Shown here: positions 18,280 through 26,970 of the stretch, piece by piece | Layout of the letters: each line of letters begins with the position of its first letter | Numbering within the stretch: the stretch's first letter is position 1 | Virus record (IMG/VR): IMGVR_UViG_3300047539_000071 | Span: 2,372-66,371 of that record | Origin: a virus | Taxonomy: Duplodnaviria > Caudoviricetes | DNA: 64,000 nt | Reading direction: 5' to 3' (one strand) | Notes under the pieces: generated by a model | The model's input: the letters and a program-made list of their open reading frames with translations, nothing else | Databases searched by the model: none | Told to the model about the DNA's origin: nothing | Position numbers and translations under genes: made by a program

Positions 18280-18860
18280 TTTTTCCCTTTCAGTTTCAGC
18301 ACGCCGAAGACGCCGGCGGAAGCCTCAATGTCAGATGCGCGCAAGTAGTGCGCGGTAGAGCTGATACTTCTCTGTCCTAGAAACTGCCTTACTCGATGGA
18401 TTCCGACAGAGTCAATCGAGTGCATTGCAACCGAATGGCGCAAAATGTGCGGGTGCTGCCGCTGTTCTGGGAAGCCTAGTTGCTGGCAGTAACCTTGCAC
18501 GATCCGGAAAACTTGACTTCTCGAGATGCCGAATAGCTTCACAACTCCAGGGCGCATCCGCGCAAGGGCCTTCATAGGTTCGGCTTCAGACCACAATGGA
18601 TCTTCGTCAGCATAAAGCGGCTGGGTGTTTAGGAATCCGTGTTTCAGTCGCTGCACCCGCAGGTTATCGCCTTGAATGCTGTTACCATCCAGCCCGGTCA
18701 ACTCAGACACCCGCAGGCCGTGGAGGTACATGGTGAGTATCGCCAGCCAATTCCGAGAACTGTGGGCCTTCGCAACCTCTAGCAGCCTCTGCACTTCGGC
18801 CACGGATAAGTGAACATAAGTGTTAGAGAGGCCCCATCGGATTCGGTTTGGTTTGTTCAT
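18276..18860 (-). CDS. Catalytic-domain-only tyrosine recombinase (FimB/FimE-like)
   Basis: HGLRVSEL, RLK, HPHILRHS, LGQ, TAHY; no N-terminal arm- or core-binding domain. Confidence 0.85.
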   Translation of the reverse strand: MNKPNRIRWGLSNTYVHLSVAEVQRLLEVAKAHSSRNWLAILTMYLHGLRVSELTGLDGNSIQGDNLRVQRLKHGFLNTQPLYADEDPLWSEAEPMKALARMRPGVVKLFGISRSQVFRIVQGYCQQLGFPEQRQHPHILRHSVAMHSIDSVGIHRVRQFLGQRSISSTAHYLRASDIEASAGVFGVLKLKGKK

Positions 18861-18869
18861 AGTCTCCAC

Positions 18870-18922
18870 TGTGAACTAGCTTACTAGGGGAGGGCTGGGG
18901 CCACAATGGCCCGTTCGTGCTA
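18870..18922 (-). promoter_or_regulatory. Early promoter module A
   Basis: TTGTGG-N17-TAAGCT; near-identical 53-bp copy at 20302-20354. Confidence 0.7.
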
Positions 18923-19303
18923 TAACCGCCCCTCTTCCTTGCCCTTGCGCTCCTCAAGGTATTTGGCTGCTAGGCCGGTAGCGACCGCGTTACACCCAGG
19001 GCACGGCTCGCTGTTATAGCCGTACAACCCTTCAAGCTCCCCACTACGCCCGCAGAGCGTGCCGCCGTAATATACGGTACGGAGAGACGTGGTGACCGGG
19101 TAGGCGCTTGAGTTTACGATGTGGCGCTTAGTGCTGCCGCCCGCGTACGTTGCCAGGAAAGGCAGGTAGCGGACCACGTCAGCGAATTCGTACGTCGGTC
19201 GCGCCAAGTCGTAGTAGGCACGTTTAAGTGCCCGTTTGTTTTCGATTGTTCCGTCGCTAAGGAACTTCTGTACGGCGTAGAATAGTGCTCTGTTTTTTAC
19301 CAT
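18920..19303 (-). CDS. Hypothetical protein
   Basis: GAGGAG RBS, 127 aa. Confidence 0.6.
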   Translation of the reverse strand: MVKNRALFYAVQKFLSDGTIENKRALKRAYYDLARPTYEFADVVRYLPFLATYAGGSTKRHIVNSSAYPVTTSLRTVYYGGTLCGRSGELEGLYGYNSEPCPGCNAVATGLAAKYLEERKGKEEGRL

Positions 19304-19558
19304 TTGTGTTCTCCTCTGATAAAGTGATCTATTTGGTACTAATCGGCACCTTTTGGCCGTTTTGTGATCTATTTGTCACTAATCGGCACCTTATGGCCCC
19401 TTTCGCTTCTTCAATCGATAACTCAAGCGTAATATACCAGCCAGCACCAAACCTTGGCGAGTACAAAACTGCGACCTTGCCATTTTCGAATTACCTTTTC
19501 CATAGCCATAGTTCCTCCTGATTTATCCAGCGGGGGAGGGCGGGGAGGGCCGAAAGTG

Positions 19559-20290
19559 CTACGAACCAAGGCGCAACGTTTTGTTGATTCCGACAGCTGC
19601 GCCGTATGTTTTGCCCGCGTAGTAGCCGGCAGAACTGCGTATCGAGGTGGCGCGTGCGGTGACAGTCCTGGGGAACAACTCCCGGAACTTATCATTGGTT
19701 GCCTTGACCATTTGATCAATGCGCACTAGCCCGGTCTGCTGGCCATTCAGCCGCAAACCCGCCTTGAGCCCGTTCAGGTTCGTCGCCAGACGTTCCGCAA
19801 TAGCGGCAGCAAACCCCAGATTGAATGCGGTAATGAATGAAGTCCGGGAGTGGATAGCGCCGGCATCGCGGGCTGCCTGCGGCGCCATTTCCTTACAGGC
19901 TTTCGACAGGTAGACAAACAATGCAGTGGTCGCCGCCCGATCACTAGCGCGTCCGACAATGGAGTAGCGATTACACCGGGCATATCCGACGACCCGGCAA
20001 AAGTTTGCTTGGGCAATGCCACTGATCAGGATGCTAGTCCACCTATCCTGCCTTGACTTATAAGGCACGCCCATCATTTCGTCGGCATTAATTACCGCGT
20101 TCATAACCGGCTCATTGAGCTCCTCAGCCGCGAATTCAACGTCGCTCATGTCCAGTTTGTATTTCAGCAAGAGCTCCTGCGCCTTCGCAGCGAACGCCTC
20201 AGCCTCAGCCAAGTTTCCGATAGCCTTAGCCCCGTCAGCCATAGCCATTAGTTTCCGCAGCTTGTCTATCATGCCTTCTTTATTTTCCAT
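19559..20290 (-). CDS. DUF2786-domain protein
   Basis: IDKLRKLMAMA...EAEAFAAKAQELLLKY N-terminus. Confidence 0.8.
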   Translation of the reverse strand: MENKEGMIDKLRKLMAMADGAKAIGNLAEAEAFAAKAQELLLKYKLDMSDVEFAAEELNEPVMNAVINADEMMGVPYKSRQDRWTSILISGIAQANFCRVVGYARCNRYSIVGRASDRAATTALFVYLSKACKEMAPQAARDAGAIHSRTSFITAFNLGFAAAIAERLATNLNGLKAGLRLNGQQTGLVRIDQMVKATNDKFRELFPRTVTARATSIRSSAGYYAGKTYGAAVGINKTLRLGS

Positions 20291-20301
20291 TTTGGTCTCC
20301 A

Positions 20302-20354
20302 TGTGAACTAGCTTACTAGGGGGAGGGCTGCGGCACAATGGCCCGTTCGTGCTA
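20302..20354 (-). promoter_or_regulatory. Early promoter module B
   Basis: TTGTGC-N17-TAAGCT; copy of 18870-18922. Confidence 0.7.
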
Positions 20355-20575
20355 GTGGCGATTGCCGATCCAACCGCGCCAAACGTCGGCGACCATGTAC
20401 ATAACCGTCGCGGCTGCCATGTACAGTGCATATGCAAAGTTCTGAAGTACTTCAGTTAACATTGGTAACACCTCCATGTAAGATCGCCGGCAAGGCATCG
20501 GCTAACAACGGATATTCAATGCGTCATATCAGTTGCAATATCGGCTACATATGGGTAAGATAATACCCATTATGG

Positions 20576-20872
20576 CTAGGACGGGACCATCGGTAAGATG
20601 TCAATCGCATCAAACCGTGATTTGATTGCGAGCAATTCAGACTCGTTAAGTTCAAGTACCTTAGCCCGTGCGAACTCTTCAGATGTTTCGTGGCGTTCGA
20701 CGAAGAGGCGAGCGACTGCGTTCATTAGAGCGATACGTTCTGTTTCGTGCATAAGGGGATTCTCCAGACGTGATCGACGTTGGCGGTTGATGCGGTTCAT
20801 GCGAACACGCGACAGTGAATTGTTCCAACGATGGGCGGCCTTGCCCGTAAACGAGATTGAATTGCGCGACAT
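20576..20872 (-). CDS. Hypothetical protein
   Basis: AGGAG RBS, 98 aa. Confidence 0.5.
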   Translation of the reverse strand: MSRNSISFTGKAAHRWNNSLSRVRMNRINRQRRSRLENPLMHETERIALMNAVARLFVERHETSEEFARAKVLELNESELLAIKSRFDAIDILPMVPS

Positions 20873-20933
20873 TTGTTTCTCCTGTTGTGATTCAATACAG
20901 TTTCTTGCAACGCCGGACGTGCCGGCCCGCGTG

Positions 20934-21119
20934 TCAGCGTGGCTTCTGGTTTACCTTGAACGTATCTAGCGCCTCGCGCACATTGAACAATCCGTCTCTT
21001 GTAACGAGCCGGCCTATTTCAGCGCACAGATCGTGCCACTGGTTAGGCGTTAGTATTGGGTCTGGTTTCTTCTCAGCATATGCAAAGTTCTGAAGTACTT
21101 CAATTAACATTGGTAACAC
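20934..21119 (-). CDS. Hypothetical protein
   Basis: Start region duplicated at 20428-20494. Confidence 0.5.
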   Translation of the reverse strand: MLPMLIEVLQNFAYAEKKPDPILTPNQWHDLCAEIGRLVTRDGLFNVREALDTFKVNQKPR

Positions 21120-21157
21120 CCCCAGGTAAGATCACCGGCAAGTCATTGGCTAGTGGC

Positions 21158-21388
21158 CTATGAGGATTGCTCAGTCTTTTCTTCGATTCGCTTTGGACGA
21201 TACGCTGCGAAGTCGAATATGTAATTGACAGCATCGTTGACTTCAGTTGGACGGTGCTCCCGAACCGCAAACCACCGCGACATTAACTCATGACCCGCGG
21301 CGTCCGCCTCTTCTTTAGTTGCGAAGACACAGCCGTTCGTGGCCCACGTGTTAGACGTATCTGCGATGACTTCAGACTTCCATGCCAT
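21158..21388 (-). CDS. Small early protein
   Basis: GAGG RBS; WKSEVIAD..W..N...FATKEEA pattern. Confidence 0.6.
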   Translation of the reverse strand: MAWKSEVIADTSNTWATNGCVFATKEEADAAGHELMSRWFAVREHRPTEVNDAVNYIFDFAAYRPKRIEEKTEQSS

Positions 21389-21494
21389 AATGATTCCTCT
21401 CCGTTAGAAAATGGGGGGGGGGGGGCGCTCACTGACCCGGTCGTTTGCCTCAAGGCTCGTGCCCGTCGAATCTTAAAATCAGTGAGCAAAGTCT

Positions 21495-21722
21495 TTACTT
21501 GACACTGATAACAATGCCATCCTTCAAGACAGCCGATGCATACCATCTATGAGGCTGTGGATAGTGCGGGCCCTCAAGTGTAATGGGGCCGTCCGTAGGT
21601 TCGTTGCCGGCAAATGGTCCGGGTTGAAATACTCGTACCGGCATTGCGGGATAGCCCGTCTTCCATGCGGCTACCGCCGCTTTCAGATCCTTTTTGCTCT
21701 TGAAATTAGTTTGCGTGTACAT
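21495..21722 (-). CDS. Small early protein
   Basis: AAGGA RBS; LEGPHYP.PH.WYA; own promoter. Confidence 0.65.
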   Translation of the reverse strand: MYTQTNFKSKKDLKAAVAAWKTGYPAMPVRVFQPGPFAGNEPTDGPITLEGPHYPQPHRWYASAVLKDGIVISVK

Positions 21723-21743
21723 TTGTTCCTTTCTATTGATGCA

Positions 21744-21780
21744 ATCTTACCGCGCATATATGCTATTCACAATGGCCCGT
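21744..21780 (-). promoter_or_regulatory. Early promoter module C
   Basis: ACGGGCCA-TTGTGA-N17-TAAGAT. Confidence 0.65.
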
Positions 21781-21889
21781 TAGTGGCGGCCTATGGCCCG
21801 TCTGTGCTAGAATCCGCCACGTTTCAAGAGCACGATTACCGCGCCGTATGCTGTGGTCAATTGCAAAGCAACCAAGAATAAAAAATAGC

Positions 21890-22117
21890 TCATATGGAAG
21901 CCTCTCGTTCTGCTAACCTTTCGGCCTTGATTCGCTTATGGTCTTCGGCTGCATTCTCTTCCAATGCGTCGATTGCCTGCCCCAACGTAATAGTGGGGCC
22001 AATCTTCCGGACGATATCACGCACGTCGAAGACTCCTGTAACAGTCCATACGCAAGTCTTACCATCGTACCGAAGTACCTTTCCGGCCACGTGTTCTATT
22101 CGGTCCAATGCTGTCAT
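21890..22117 (-). CDS. Hypothetical protein
   Basis: GGAGG RBS within a repeated leader. Confidence 0.55.
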   Translation of the reverse strand: MTALDRIEHVAGKVLRYDGKTCVWTVTGVFDVRDIVRKIGPTITLGQAIDALEENAAEDHKRIKAERLAEREASI

Positions 22118-22172
22118 TTTATAGCCTCCGTCGAATTGAGTAGAACCTGGGGGAGGGCCGATTGGTTGACTG

Positions 22173-22409
22173 CTACACTCCTACAATTGCTTTGAGTGCT
22201 GTGTCCGTATGCGTATCGTGCATATACTTGTAAAGCGTATCGCAAAGGAACGACAGTGCAGGACGGCCAGCCGCATGGAAGTAATCCCAGCGTACTCGCT
22301 TGTCTGAGAACGTTGGATTCGCTTTGCGGTACTCCGCGACAGGCATGCGCGCTAATACAGGTTCGATCATGCCGCGCAACGTTTCGAGGTCTTGAGATGT
22401 AATTTTCAT
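22173..22409 (-). CDS. Hypothetical protein
   Basis: GGAG RBS; YMHDTHTDTAL C-terminus. Confidence 0.6.
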   Translation of the reverse strand: MKITSQDLETLRGMIEPVLARMPVAEYRKANPTFSDKRVRWDYFHAAGRPALSFLCDTLYKYMHDTHTDTALKAIVGV

Positions 22410-22602
22410 GTTATTTTCTCCAGTGATTCAATCGTACCGTAGTGGGCTCGATGTTGAGTAAGGACATTACTGCAGCATCGTGCTTGGTTGGTGGGTTCAG
22501 GTTAGCGAACGTACCCGGCTTGCATTCACAGTTTGGATTCGTGCAATTCATTGTGTTCTCCTCGATTGATTCGTTATGCGTAGGGGGGCGGGCTGATCAG
22601 TC

Positions 22603-23292
22603 TTATGCCGGCAAGGATAGCTGCACAAACCCGCTGGTATCCTTTTTAGCGCGCCCTTTGGCATATAGGCCGATGACCACCGCCTTACGTTTCTTGTCAA
22701 GGAATCTTAGGTCTGATTCGTCTCCATTGACCACCTTAAAACCTTCCCACATGGGGGGAATCCGTTTTGAATCGAAGACCACCGCGACGTTAATGCCATG
22801 ATGTAATGCGGCCATAGCGTGCTTATGATTGTCTTCCGAAAGGGAAAATGTTAGGTGGTAATTCTTGCGTGCCCGTTCCCAAGGCTTAGGGATCTTCGTA
22901 TAATCGTAGAATTGGACGGCAGGGAAGAGCTCACAGAAATAATGTGGCATTTTCGGAAGATCGGACGTACCGTTCAAACGCACGCAAGGGATTAGGTTCT
23001 CTCTCTCCGCACGCGCAACCAAGGCAGTAATATCCTTCGCAATCTGGGTATAAAACGAAACGTGGTCGCGTTTCAACCATTTTGTTTTTTCGATTCGGGC
23101 AAGATTTATCATGGGGAAGACTTGTGACCGGCCCGCAGTGTACAGACAGGATGCGCGACACCCTGCGGAGGAAAACGGGCACACGTTCAATACTCCAGAC
23201 TCATCCGCTGGAGCAAGATATAAAATGCCCGTTAGAAAGCCTTTCTTTTGCCCCTTGACTGTCTTCGCATCCCCTACTGTTAGCAATTTCAT
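22603..23292 (-). CDS. GP88-like protein
   Basis: LYLAPA..NVCP.S.GC...CL, RLNGTSD, FYDYTK, YHLTFS, GD.SDLRFLD. Confidence 0.65.
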   Translation of the reverse strand: MKLLTVGDAKTVKGQKKGFLTGILYLAPADESGVLNVCPFSSAGCRASCLYTAGRSQVFPMINLARIEKTKWLKRDHVSFYTQIAKDITALVARAERENLIPCVRLNGTSDLPKMPHYFCELFPAVQFYDYTKIPKPWERARKNYHLTFSLSEDNHKHAMAALHHGINVAVVFDSKRIPPMWEGFKVVNGDESDLRFLDKKRKAVVIGLYAKGRAKKDTSGFVQLSLPA

Positions 23293-23339
23293 GTTAGCCT
23301 CCATCGAATTGAGTAGAACCAAGGGGAAGGCGGACGTTT

Positions 23340-23624
23340 CTAGCGCGATAGGTCTCGAATGCGCATCTGGAGATAGGCTTTGTACTCTTCAGCTGTGAGT
23401 AGGCTGTTAGTACAGCACAAACCACCAAACTTACTGTCTGATAGCAGCTGAAAGTGAGCATGCCCCATTGTATTAGCCTTGGGGCATCCGGGTAAGTTTA
23501 CTACTTTCACTTTGTCGCCGAAGGCTAGCTGGCCCAGGCCTACTGCTATTGGTGGGTGTAGTTTGTCAACCATTACAGGCACGTAATGGTAAATGGAATT
23601 GACTCTAACTTTTTTTATTCTCAT
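23340..23624 (-). CDS. Hypothetical protein
   Basis: 94 aa in the early operon. Confidence 0.55.
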   Translation of the reverse strand: MRIKKVRVNSIYHYVPVMVDKLHPPIAVGLGQLAFGDKVKVVNLPGCPKANTMGHAHFQLLSDSKFGGLCCTNSLLTAEEYKAYLQMRIRDLSR

Positions 23625-23629
23625 TTTGA

Positions 23630-23910
23630 TTATCCTTTCAGCTGGTCAATTGCTATCCGTGCGTCTTCCACAGTCAAGTATCCTTGGAAGACTCCCACGG
23701 TACTAATGCCGCCGTCGTTTTCGACAGAACGTACAGAGTACCGCTTGGGTAGAGTTAGCTCCATCCGTTCTGAGGAAATGAAGTACTGACCACCGATCAA
23801 ACGCGATTCGATACAAGAGTGAAAAAACCGCATTGTGGCTGCTGAGAACCAATGATTATCGATACCCTTGTTAGCTTTTTTTTTACGTCAGCCATTGTCT
23901 TGAAGATCAT
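23630..23910 (-). pseudogene. Early gene frameshifted in an A9 tract
   Basis: ATG 23910 overlaps the upstream stop; adding one A at 23876-23884 joins it to ORF 23630-23833. Confidence 0.55.
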
Positions 23911-24092
23911 CGTGTTTCCCCCTTGAGTGTATAGCTGGGATAGATCATGCATCGGTCGCAATAGTCTTCGTTATTCTTGCACGTGCATATGTCTTCGATG
24001 TGACTTTCATCCGCGCCGTGCTCCAGCTGGGTAAGCAAACCACGCCGTAAGAAACGCTGGCAAAGCTTCGCCCGGAGGAACGTTTCATGCAA
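23907..24092 (-). CDS. Hypothetical protein
   Basis: First gene of the leftward arm, Cys-rich. Confidence 0.4.
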   Translation of the reverse strand: MHETFLRAKLCQRFLRRGLLTQLEHGADESHIEDICTCKNNEDYCDRCMIYPSYTLKGETR

Positions 24093-24415
24093 GCTGGAGC
24101 CGATCTAGCGTGCAACAATTCACCTGAAGTGTCGCAAGCCGTTGATTCTAAACGCGCTAAACGCGGCCTTTTTTCCCGCCTTAATCCGCCTATGCTGTGC
24201 AGCGATCGCCCCACCGTTCGCCGTTTCTTCGCCCTCGAGCGAGCGGTTGGACCCAGGGGGAGCGAGTAAGCAGGGGGTGGTCTGGCAATGGCGATTGACC
24301 TCTTATCACGCGGGGACCGTGGGTCTTATGCGCACAGTGACGTCCTGCAAGCGGTTTGATTTTCAATAAGATAACCCCGAAGTAATAACTGTACGGTGAC
24401 GTTGCCGTTTTCCCC

Positions 24416-24445
24416 TTGACGGCGCCGTATCGGGCGGGCTATAGT
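24416..24445 (+). promoter_or_regulatory. Rightward sigma70-type promoter of the morphogenesis arm
   Basis: TTGACG-N18-TATAGT. Confidence 0.7.
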
Positions 24446-24529
24446 AAGGGCAGTTGATCGAGTTTGTGCAGTGACGTTCCGTTAAGAAAACTACCCCCTA
24501 CTATTTCTGAATCAAGGAGATACGGCCGA

Positions 24530-24811
24530 ATGAACCATATCAGCGCTACCAGCCAAATCACCCCAGAAAAGAACGCCACCAACCTGCGGATGCTTACCCT
24601 GTCGGAGAAGCTCCCGACCATCTTTACCTACCAGCCCGCGGACGCGAAACAGCAGCAGCAGTTCGTTTTGATCCGCGAAGCGGCCCTCCATCTGGCCCAG
24701 GTGATCCTAGCCAACACGCCGGGTTCCGCAGACCAGACGGCAGCGATCCGACTCCTGCGGGAGGCCGTTATGACGGCCAACGCGGCAATCAGCCTGAAGG
24801 GCATCGTCTAA
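24530..24811 (+). CDS. Acb2/Tad1-like helical hairpin protein
   Basis: FTYQP..Q...IREAA..LA..I...TP.SADQTAAIR.LREAVMTANAAI; AAGGAG RBS. Confidence 0.6.
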   Translation: MNHISATSQITPEKNATNLRMLTLSEKLPTIFTYQPADAKQQQQFVLIREAALHLAQVILANTPGSADQTAAIRLLREAVMTANAAISLKGIV

Positions 24812-25098
24812 TGGATACCCGGATGGAGGCAGTTCTCCTTAAACGTTTTGGTAGTGATGAGCCGATCCCCCCGGTGAACGAGGATGCGGTCTCTCTCCGT
24901 ATCCTTGCGCCGGGGACGGCGTTACCTCCTCAGCGGTATCGAATTTTGTCAGATGATGACGGGCATGATTACATTGTCGAAGTCGAACGTGAAGTTGAGT
25001 TCTACGACACCCTCGAGGAGCAAGCGGATATGGGCGAGTTCCGATCCATCGGCGGCAGCCCGACTCTCGTTAGTTTCACGGACCCGGTGATAGACTGA
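24811..25098 (+). CDS. Acidic hypothetical protein
   Basis: TAATG coupling. Confidence 0.6.
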   Translation: MDTRMEAVLLKRFGSDEPIPPVNEDAVSLRILAPGTALPPQRYRILSDDDGHDYIVEVEREVEFYDTLEEQADMGEFRSIGGSPTLVSFTDPVID

Positions 25099-25101
25099 GT
25101 C

Positions 25102-25698
25102 ATGGCGAAAAAGAAAGTCCCCGCGGAGCGAGAGGAACTGGACGTACTCAACCGTCCCGATAGTTACGGCTCGTCTTCACGCGGAGGCGGCAAGACGCCG
25201 CAGATCCGCCATACCAACCCGGAGGTCGCAAAGCATGTCGCTCGTTTGGTCATCGGCTGCAACATGGACTATGACGCAGCGGTCCAAAAGATGTGGGAAG
25301 ACGAATTCCCAGATGCAACCGAAGCCCAAATTGTCGCGAAGGCCGAAGTGCTCCGAGCCTCCCCGCATGTCCAGAGAGAGATAGGAGCGCACCTTGAGAA
25401 GATTGGCTTCGGCGATAAGGCTCAAAGCAAGCTCATTGCCATGCTGTGGAAAGAAGTGCTTGGTGATAACGACAAGCGTTGGGCGAGCGCGGCCCGACTC
25501 CTCGCCGAGATTACGCAAGCTGCTAAAGCAAAGGCGAAGGGCGAAACGATTCCTGTGCTGAAGTTCGCCGGCATGGAAGAGGGTCTCAAGAACATGCTCG
25601 GCGACGCCGCGCCTACAGACAAGTACATTACAATAGATCTTGAGGAAGACGATGCCACAGGATCAGACCCAGACGCAACCGGCTACAGCGGCGAATAA
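25102..25698 (+). CDS. Probable terminase small subunit
   Basis: Helical 198-aa protein upstream of TerL; called by position. Confidence 0.5.
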   Translation: MAKKKVPAEREELDVLNRPDSYGSSSRGGGKTPQIRHTNPEVAKHVARLVIGCNMDYDAAVQKMWEDEFPDATEAQIVAKAEVLRASPHVQREIGAHLEKIGFGDKAQSKLIAMLWKEVLGDNDKRWASAARLLAEITQAAKAKAKGETIPVLKFAGMEEGLKNMLGDAAPTDKYITIDLEEDDATGSDPDATGYSGE

Positions 25699-26011
25699 TC
25701 CCGGCGTCCTCGACGCAATTCGGCAGTATGCGTCATCCGCACTGGACAACCTCAAGTCTCGATTCACCACGCCTGGAGGCCAGCCGGTAATTCAAGCCGG
25801 TCCCGGCTCTGCTCTCGACACCAAAAACAATCAACTACAGCAGTTGCAGCCGCAGCAGCCATACTCCGCGCTACAGCAGAATGCACCGATGCTCACGAAC
25901 CCCACGCTGTCACATGCGCAGAGCCCGTACGGCACGCAGCCGGGAGAACAGCGGATCGATACGAGCGGCATGACTGGCTTCACCAACATCAAGAGAAGTC
26001 CCGGGTTATAA
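25640..26011 (+). CDS. Gln/Pro-rich disordered protein
   Basis: Low complexity; late operon. Confidence 0.55.
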   Translation: MRKTMPQDQTQTQPATAANNPGVLDAIRQYASSALDNLKSRFTTPGGQPVIQAGPGSALDTKNNQLQQLQPQQPYSALQQNAPMLTNPTLSHAQSPYGTQPGEQRIDTSGMTGFTNIKRSPGL

Positions 26012-26031
26012 TTAACAACAGGAGCACCACA

Positions 26032-26352
26032 ATGTCCAAGAATGATCCGACCGGCAAACAGCACTACGATGTAACCACGACTTCCTCGCAGAAGCACGGC
26101 AAAGGCACGGAGAAACAGGATCAGACGGGCTCATCGTCTTCCGCAGATTTCACCCCGAAGACTCCCTCCGGTTTCTTAGGCGGGCTCAAAGGTGTTCTGT
26201 CCGATCACTCTCTCAACGCATCTGACTCAAGAAGTTTCGCGACGGGTGGCGCGGGAACTTCCGCAAAGACTCAGTCCAGCCGACCGGGCGTGGGTGGCGG
26301 AAACGCCGGCAAGCCGACTAAGAATTCTGGCGCGACCAGTTTCGGAGCGTAA
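26032..26352 (+). CDS. Gly/Ser/Lys-rich disordered protein
   Basis: AGGAG RBS; low complexity. Confidence 0.6.
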   Translation: MSKNDPTGKQHYDVTTTSSQKHGKGTEKQDQTGSSSSADFTPKTPSGFLGGLKGVLSDHSLNASDSRSFATGGAGTSAKTQSSRPGVGGGNAGKPTKNSGATSFGA

Positions 26353-26353
26353 C

Positions 26354-26710
26354 ATGGAATACAACGGCAAGGGCAACAGAGACGTAACTCAGACCACCAG
26401 CGGCGGGCTCCCCGGTTTCTCCGGGATCAAGCACCGCGGCATGGATGCAGGCAAACAGATCACCGGCAAGTCCGGGGATAAGAGCTCGCGCGGGAAAGAT
26501 TCTTCGCGTGAATCTACGAAGGATCTGATCCGCGATAGTTACGCGACTCTCTTCGCCCGCCCTGATCAATCGTTCGACGGAAAACAATACCAGGACACTC
26601 AGAAGAGCATGAAGGGTCTGCCGTTAACCGGCGCGCCGATCGGCTCTGAGAATAGGCAATCCAAGGCGCCGCGGCAGAATACGAGCGGCTCTATGAGGGT
26701 TGGTGGGTAA
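26354..26710 (+). CDS. Gly/Ser/Lys-rich disordered protein
   Basis: GGAG RBS, start 1 nt after the previous stop. Confidence 0.6.
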   Translation: MEYNGKGNRDVTQTTSGGLPGFSGIKHRGMDAGKQITGKSGDKSSRGKDSSRESTKDLIRDSYATLFARPDQSFDGKQYQDTQKSMKGLPLTGAPIGSENRQSKAPRQNTSGSMRVGG

Positions 26711-26968
26711 GTGTTCTCCCCCGAGTCAAGCCTGTCAGCGAAGAGTTTCAGTTTGAAACCCCCAGCACTGCCGGGGCTCAATCCGCCAACCGATCACTCC
26801 AATCCTTTTTCCGGCATCAAGCGCGCGGGCCAAGCCAAGCGTGCGCAGAATTTTGAGAAGTTCCAGCAGCAGAAGGACAATAAAAGTTTCGGCGGTTCGC
26901 AGGCACAGAGCCAGGGCAGCGGCTTCGGGAGCCAAGCCGGCAGCACAAAGCCAGAGAAATTTTCGTAA
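26711..26968 (+). CDS. Ser/Gln/Lys-rich disordered protein
   Basis: GTG start directly after the previous stop. Confidence 0.5.
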   Translation: MFSPESSLSAKSFSLKPPALPGLNPPTDHSNPFSGIKRAGQAKRAQNFEKFQQQKDNKSFGGSQAQSQGSGFGSQAGSTKPEKFS

Positions 26969-26970
26969 CG

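Noticed and set aside
18276-18860. Canonical prophage integrase with attP
   Set aside because: Lacks arm- and core-binding domains; no host junction in the window
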